DNA from: Candidatus Hermodarchaeota archaeon | Lineage (GTDB): Archaea > Asgardarchaeota > Lokiarchaeia > Sigyniarchaeales > SOKP01 | Reading direction: 5' to 3' | DNA: 64,000 bases | Assembly: GCA_048885925.1 (NCBI GenBank) | Contig: JBHLLG010000003.1 | Span: 32,001 to 96,000 of the forward strand | In this document: piece after piece, positions 58,902 through 64,000 of the stretch | How positions within the stretch are numbered: the stretch's first letter is position 1 | How the letters are laid out: each line of letters begins with the position of its first letter | The notes under the pieces: generated by a model | What the model saw: only the letters and a program-made list of their open reading frames with translations | Told to the model about the DNA's origin: nothing | Database searches by the model: none | Program-made: the position numbers and the translations under genes

Positions 58902-59882
58902 TTAAATGTATTTTGCTTGACCTGATGAGCCTAATACATCTTCATTTCTTTGTTTTATCATCTTTATTAATTCTTGACGGGATAAACCTAAATATTTTCT
59001 TGGCTCAATCTGATCAGGATTTTCTATTAAAAATTTACGAATTATTGCGGTAAAGACTATTCTACTATCTGTTGCAATATTTATTTTGCACACTCCAAAT
59101 TGAGTTGCTTTTTTTAGTTGATATTCGGGAATTCCGAATGCTTTTTTTAATGAACCACCCTTCTCATTAATTATGTTAACATATTTTTGTGGTATAGACG
59201 ATGAACCATGTAAAACTATTGGATACTTTCCTAAACGCTTTCTAACTTCTTGGAGAATATCGAATCGCAATTCAGGAATATCTTCTTCACTTTTTACATT
59301 AAATTTGTATGCACCGTGAGATGTTCCAATAGCAATTGCGAGAGAATCACATCCAGTTTGGTTTACAAAATCTTCTACTCGTTCTGGGTTAGTATAATAA
59401 TGTTTACTTGCTTGTAAACGATCTTCAATACCCGCGATGACTCCCAATTCTGCTTCTACACTCACATCATTTTTATGGGCGAAATTAACTATATTTTTTG
59501 TAATATCTACATTTTTTTTGTAATCTAAGTGGCTTCCGTCAAACATTACACTTGAAAAGCCATTATTTATACAAGATTTTGCTAATTCAAATGAATCTCC
59601 ATGATCTAAATGTAATGCTATAGGAATATTATAACCTAAATCTTTCGCCATCGCAACTGCTCCTTCTGCTAAATATCTAATCATTGTTCGATTTGCATAT
59701 TCTCCAGCAGCTGGACTATTTTGAAGAACAACAGGGGAATTAGTTTCTCCACAACCAATAATTATTGCTTGTAATTGCTCTAAATTGCTAAAATTGTATC
59801 CTGGTATGGCGAATTTCCTTTCTAAAGCAATTTCAAACATTCTTTTTGTATTAGATAATCCTAATTTTTTAAAAGATACCAT
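58902..59882 (-). CDS. fba: Fructose-1,6-bisphosphate aldolase class II
   Basis: 'ALHLDHG', 'SVMFDGS', 'VEAELG', 'LAIAIGTSHGAYK', 'VLHGSS', 'KINIATD'. Confidence 0.93.
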   Translation of the reverse strand: MVSFKKLGLSNTKRMFEIALERKFAIPGYNFSNLEQLQAIIIGCGETNSPVVLQNSPAAGEYANRTMIRYLAEGAVAMAKDLGYNIPIALHLDHGDSFELAKSCINNGFSSVMFDGSHLDYKKNVDITKNIVNFAHKNDVSVEAELGVIAGIEDRLQASKHYYTNPERVEDFVNQTGCDSLAIAIGTSHGAYKFNVKSEEDIPELRFDILQEVRKRLGKYPIVLHGSSSIPQKYVNIINEKGGSLKKAFGIPEYQLKKATQFGVCKINIATDSRIVFTAIIRKFLIENPDQIEPRKYLGLSRQELIKMIKQRNEDVLGSSGQAKYI

Positions 59883-60025
59883 AATTAAAATTGAGAATTT
59901 AGTTTATTCTTGATATCACAATATTAGCATAGTAAATAAAGGTGACAAAAATTAAAGATATTTTAATCTAGATAAAAAAGAAAAGTGAAAACCTATTTGA
60001 AATATGAAATAAAATAAATGAAGGT

Positions 60026-60922
60026 TTAGTAAATAGGGATGTTAATATTTAGTTTCTTTTTTAATTCTTTGTATCGTGAGCGAAGAGTTACTTCTGTGAC
60101 TCCAACTGATTCAACGATTTGTTGTTGAGTAACTTCATTCTTTTTAATTTTGCAGGCTAAATATAATGCTCCAGCACATAATCCTTTTGGATCTTTTCCA
60201 CTAATAGTAAATCTTGAACGATAAACTTTCAAAATCTTAATTGCTAAGCGTTCAATTTCCGAATCTAAACCTAATTCGGTGATATATCTTGGAATAAGAG
60301 ACGTTGGATCTGTAGTTGGAGGCTTTAAATTCATTTCTTTCATTAATATTGAATAGCATCTTCTAACATCTTTAGCATTTACTGATGCTTCACTAATAAT
60401 TTCTTGAAGGGTTCTTGGAAGTTTTTTTCTTCTGCAGGCAAGGTATAAACAAGCAGCAACCATAGCATTAATAGATCTTCCTCTTAATAACTTTTTCTTG
60501 AAAGCTTCAATATAAAGACGCATTGCATCTTCTTTTATGTAATTGGGTAAGTCTAAATTGGTGCTAATTCTTTTTAATTCAGTGGATGCTATTAATAAAT
60601 TCCTTTTTTGCCATGTAATACGGGTATTCCATTTAGCAGCTCTCTTTAAATCGGGATTATTTATTTTATTTCTGTCGATAACCGTACTTAATCCCATATC
60701 TGGCAATAAAATTGATATTGGAGCTCCGATTTGTTCTCGATTTGTTTTTTCTAAATTTGTATACGCTCTCCTACCCTTATGTGAAAAATCTACACTTTTC
60801 TCATTAATTACTAATCCACATTGATTGCAAACAACATCTCCAGTATTTATTAATGAAATTATTGAACCCCCACATTCAGGACATACATTTAAAGAAACAT
60901 TATTTTTTGTATTTATATCCAT
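60026..60922 (-). CDS. tfb: Transcription initiation factor IIB (divergent B-reader)
   Basis: Zn ribbon 'CPECGG...VVCNQCGLV', 'RGRSI....AACLY.ACR....PRTL.EI', 'GKDPKGL.A.ALY.A', 'VTEVTLRSRYKEL'. Confidence 0.92.
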   Translation of the reverse strand: MDINTKNNVSLNVCPECGGSIISLINTGDVVCNQCGLVINEKSVDFSHKGRRAYTNLEKTNREQIGAPISILLPDMGLSTVIDRNKINNPDLKRAAKWNTRITWQKRNLLIASTELKRISTNLDLPNYIKEDAMRLYIEAFKKKLLRGRSINAMVAACLYLACRRKKLPRTLQEIISEASVNAKDVRRCYSILMKEMNLKPPTTDPTSLIPRYITELGLDSEIERLAIKILKVYRSRFTISGKDPKGLCAGALYLACKIKKNEVTQQQIVESVGVTEVTLRSRYKELKKKLNINIPIY

Positions 60923-61008
60923 TTTATTAACCTATTTATCTTAATTTTTTTTGAAATAATAAAACATTTGTAGACCAATTATTGATTCATCATTTTTTGG
61001 AATCACTT

Positions 61009-62031
61009 CTACAATCCGGATTTTTTTAATTTTTCTAATAATTCTCTTTGAGGTTTATCCAATTTCGTTGGAACAGCTATACTAATTTTAACCAATTCGT
61101 ATCCTCTTTGTTCTGAACCTGTAACATAGAAACCTTGATTTTTTAATCTTAGGATTGATCCATCTGAGGTTCCAGGGGGTACAGTAACAGTTAAATTTTT
61201 ATCAATTCCTGGAACTTGAATTTTTCCACCAAGTACCGCAGTGGTAAAAGGGATTTCTTTCTCAACGTAGATATCAGCTCCATCTAACTTAAATATAGGA
61301 TGAGGTTTTATATTTACATTGATATATAAATCTCCTGATGGACCTCCATTTATCCCAGGCATACCTTTCCCTTTGAGACGTAATTTTTGTTGATCTTTAA
61401 TTCCTTTTGGAATTTTAACTTTTAATGTAGTCTGTTGATTTGTTGTTGGATCTTTATATGATATTCTTTTTTCTCCTCCATTAAAGGCTTCCATGAAATC
61501 GATTTCCATATCGTATCTTAAATCATCACCTTCAACGGGTCTACTTCCAAAGTTAGATGAATTAACTCGTGAGCTTCTTCCAGTTTTTGAAAATACATCA
61601 AAAATGTCCCCGAGATCATTAAAAAAGTCAAATCCTCCAACTCGACGAGAACCTCCATTACCTCTTGATCTTCCAAAATTATTGAAAATGTCATTAAAAT
61701 TGAAATCTCCAGGAGAATTAGATGTTGAATAATAATAGGTTGTACCATCTGGACTTTGATATGCTCTTGAACCTCCAGGTATTCCACCCCAACCTTGGTA
61801 TGTTGAATGGTCTCCTTCCACTACTCCGAATCTGTCGTACGTTTCTCTCTTTTTATCATCACTTAAAATACTATATGCTTCATTTATTTCTTTAAACTTT
61901 TCACCTGTTTTAGGTTCATCTGGATTTACATCTGGATGATATTTCCTAGCCATTTTACGAAACGCTCTTTTTATTTCATCCTTTGATGCTCCTTTTTCAA
62001 TATCTAATATTTTATAATAATCTTTTACCAA
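61009..62031 (-). CDS. dnaJ: DnaJ chaperone, type II (no zinc finger)
   Basis: J-domain with HPD, G/F-rich region, C-terminal peptide-binding domains; no CxxCxGxG repeats; TTG start. Confidence 0.92.
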   Translation of the reverse strand: MVKDYYKILDIEKGASKDEIKRAFRKMARKYHPDVNPDEPKTGEKFKEINEAYSILSDDKKRETYDRFGVVEGDHSTYQGWGGIPGGSRAYQSPDGTTYYYSTSNSPGDFNFNDIFNNFGRSRGNGGSRRVGGFDFFNDLGDIFDVFSKTGRSSRVNSSNFGSRPVEGDDLRYDMEIDFMEAFNGGEKRISYKDPTTNQQTTLKVKIPKGIKDQQKLRLKGKGMPGINGGPSGDLYINVNIKPHPIFKLDGADIYVEKEIPFTTAVLGGKIQVPGIDKNLTVTVPPGTSDGSILRLKNQGFYVTGSEQRGYELVKISIAVPTKLDKPQRELLEKLKKSGL

Positions 62032-62117
62032 ATTTTACAACCTCTTCTTAATAATGGTGAATAATAAATTTATTAATTTGAAAGTAAAAAAAATAAAAAA
62101 ATTGTAAAAAAATATTT

Positions 62118-64000
62118 TTATTCATACTCAGCGTCAACTACATCATCTTGACCAGCTGCTTTCCTAAATTTTTCTTGTTCAATTTCATCTTGAGTTTTAT
62201 TTTGATATCCATAGTTAGCTCCGGGTGGTACTCCACCCATTCCTCCAGGTGGAGCTCCTTGATAAGCATCTTGATATTGTCCTTGCTGTTTTCCATAAAT
62301 ACGAGATGATACTTCATGTAAAGATTTCTGTAATACTTCCATCGCTTTGTTAATTTTCTTTACGTCTTCGGATTCCACTGCTCTTCTTAAATCAGATATT
62401 TTATCAAGTATCCTAGATTTCAAATCTCCTATGACAGCCTCATTTTCATTCAATAACTTTTCAGTTTGATAAATTAATGCCTCTGCATGATTTTTAGCTT
62501 CAGTCAATTCTTTAAATTTTTTATCTTCCTCAGCATATCGCTCAGCTTCTCGGACTTTTTGTTTAATTTCCTCTTCGGGCATCTTAGTAGAGGCAGTAAT
62601 AGTGATTGATTGGCTTCTTCCAGTTCCTTTATCCTTTGCTGAAACATTAAGGATTCCATTTTGATCTATATCAAAAGTGACTTCGATCTGTGGCATTCCT
62701 CTAGGAGCTGGAGGAATCCCTGTCAAATGAAACCTTCCTAAGGTTATATTATCAGCTGCTCTTGGTCTCTCTCCCTGTAATACATGAATTTCAACCGCTG
62801 GTTGATTGTCAGCTGCAGTTGAGAAAATTTCAGCCTTTTTAGTTGGAATTGTTGTATTTCTTTCAATTAATTTCGTAAAAACGCCACCTAAAGTTTCAAC
62901 TCCTAATGAAAGAGGGGTTACATCTAACAATAATAAATCTTCAACTTCACCAGTTAATACTCCACCTTGAACAGCCGCTCCCATAGCAACACATTCCATT
63001 GGATCAATGCTACGCTCAGGGCTCTTTCCTAATAAATCTTCGAATTTCTTTTGAACACTTGGCATCCTTGTAGGTCCTCCAACTAAAATAATCTTATCTA
63101 TTTCTCCTCTAGCTATACCAGCATCTTGTAAAGCTTTCAAGATTGAAGTATCCAATTTCTTTAATATGGGGTCAATTAGCTGTTCTAATTTAGCTCTAGA
63201 TAGTGTCATATTAAGATGTCTAGGCCCTTCTTTTGTCGCAGTTATATAAGGTAAATTAATGTCAGTTGTTATTGAGGTAGATAATTCAATTTTAGCTTTT
63301 TCAGCGGCTTCGCGAACTCTTTGCATTGCCATAGAATCTCCTCTTAAATCTACACTTTGATCTTTCTTAAATTCTGAAACTATATAGTCAACAAGAATTT
63401 TATCCATATCAGTACCACCTAGCTGGGTATCTCCTGCTGTGGAAATTACTTCAAAGACTTGATTATCCATTTCCATTATAGTAACATCAAAAGTTCCACC
63501 ACCAAGATCCAATACTGCGATTTTTAACCTAGCATCTTTCTTATCCAATCCATAAGCTACGGCTGCGGCAGTGGGTTCGTTGATTAAACGTTTCACATTT
63601 AATCCCGCGATCCTTCCCGCATCCTTAGTAGCTTGTCTTTGATTATCGTTAAAGTAAGCAGGTACAGTAATTATTGCATCAGTGACTTCTTCACCTAAAT
63701 AGGCACTAGCATCTTCTTTAATTTTCCTAAGAAGCATTGCAGAAATTTCTTGAGGAGTGTAATCCTTACTATCAATTTTTACGGTATATGAAGTACCCAT
63801 TTTTCTTTTTATCGCTGTAATTGTACGATCTGGATTGGAGATTGCTTGTCTCCTCGCTGGTTCCCCAACTAATCTTTGACCATCCTTTGTAAATGCAATC
63901 ACAGAAGGAAATGCTTTACCACCTAAGGTTAATCCCTCAGCACTTGGAATAATCGTTGGTTTGCCACCAATTAATACAGCTGCCGCTGAGTTTGACGTTC
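62118..64000 (-). CDS. dnaK: DnaK/Hsp70, 5' end beyond window
   Basis: '[17 protein letters not shown]', 'DLGGGTFD', '[12 protein letters not shown]'; the frame continues past 63902 to the edge (…[22 protein letters not shown]…FPSV). Confidence 0.96.
   Translation of the reverse strand, partial: TSNSAAAVLIGGKPTIIPSAEGLTLGGKAFPSVIAFTKDGQRLVGEPARRQAISNPDRTITAIKRKMGTSYTVKIDSKDYTPQEISAMLLRKIKEDASAYLGEEVTDAIITVPAYFNDNQRQATKDAGRIAGLNVKRLINEPTAAAVAYGLDKKDARLKIAVLDLGGGTFDVTIMEMDNQVFEVISTAGDTQLGGTDMDKILVDYIVSEFKKDQSVDLRGDSMAMQRVREAAEKAKIELSTSITTDINLPYITATKEGPRHLNMTLSRAKLEQLIDPILKKLDTSILKALQDAGIARGEIDKIILVGGPTRMPSVQKKFEDLLGKSPERSIDPMECVAMGAAVQGGVLTGEVEDLLLLDVTPLSLGVETLGGVFTKLIERNTTIPTKKAEIFSTAADNQPAVEIHVLQGERPRAADNITLGRFHLTGIPPAPRGMPQIEVTFDIDQNGILNVSAKDKGTGRSQSITITASTKMPEEEIKQKVREAERYAEEDKKFKELTEAKNHAEALIYQTEKLLNENEAVIGDLKSRILDKISDLRRAVESEDVKKINKAMEVLQKSLHEVSSRIYGKQQGQYQDAYQGAPPGGMGGVPPGANYGYQNKTQDEIEQEKFRKAAGQDDVVDAEYE

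Noticed and set aside
314-61787. Numerous 60-120 aa ORFs antisense or out of frame within long genes (e.g. 314-550, 11128-11433, 20943-21302, 34800-35117, 38932-39258, 60543-60824, 61518-61787)
   Set aside because: They fully overlap well-supported genes, have no motifs or SD, and are typical shadow ORFs.
23415-62031. Idea that the Zn-finger microprotein complements the Zn-finger-less DnaJ in trans
   Set aside because: They are 38 kb apart, the microprotein has only one Zn site, type II DnaJs function without a finger, and there is no supporting evidence.
1-64000. CRISPR arrays, tRNA/rRNA genes, IS elements, integrases
   Set aside because: No regularly spaced repeat-spacer pattern, no GC-rich structured RNA island, and no transposase/integrase motifs seen by eye; a covariance-model search was not possible.

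Overview
Very AT-rich archaeal chromosomal segment, most consistent with an Asgard archaeon (Lokiarchaeia-like). This is inferred from archaeal informational genes (TFB, proteasome alpha, RFC, PolB2) occurring alongside eukaryote-signature proteins (Rab-like GTPase, longin-like domains) and many acyl-CoA/lipid enzymes. It holds about 55 CDS, and I saw no rRNA, tRNA, CRISPR or transposase. Main content: a 5'-truncated giant polytopic membrane protein; a Liv-type ABC operon with a HEAT protein and acyl-CoA ligase; TrmB with a divergent, unannotated HpdC/BssC-like Cys4 microprotein; GH20; a split PolB2/arCOG07300-like/inactive RadA damage-tolerance module, in which both PolB2 and the RadA paralog end in PIP-box-like motifs and the promoters share sequence motifs; a Rab-like GTPase with no canonical start codon; a 1.8-kaa helical-bundle repeat protein; a CdrS-like RHH; a three-gene RFC; a lipid/redox cluster interrupted by a receiver-longin fusion; and fba, tfb, dnaJ and dnaK (dnaK truncated by the window end). 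All family assignments are from motif recognition by eye; no searches were run.
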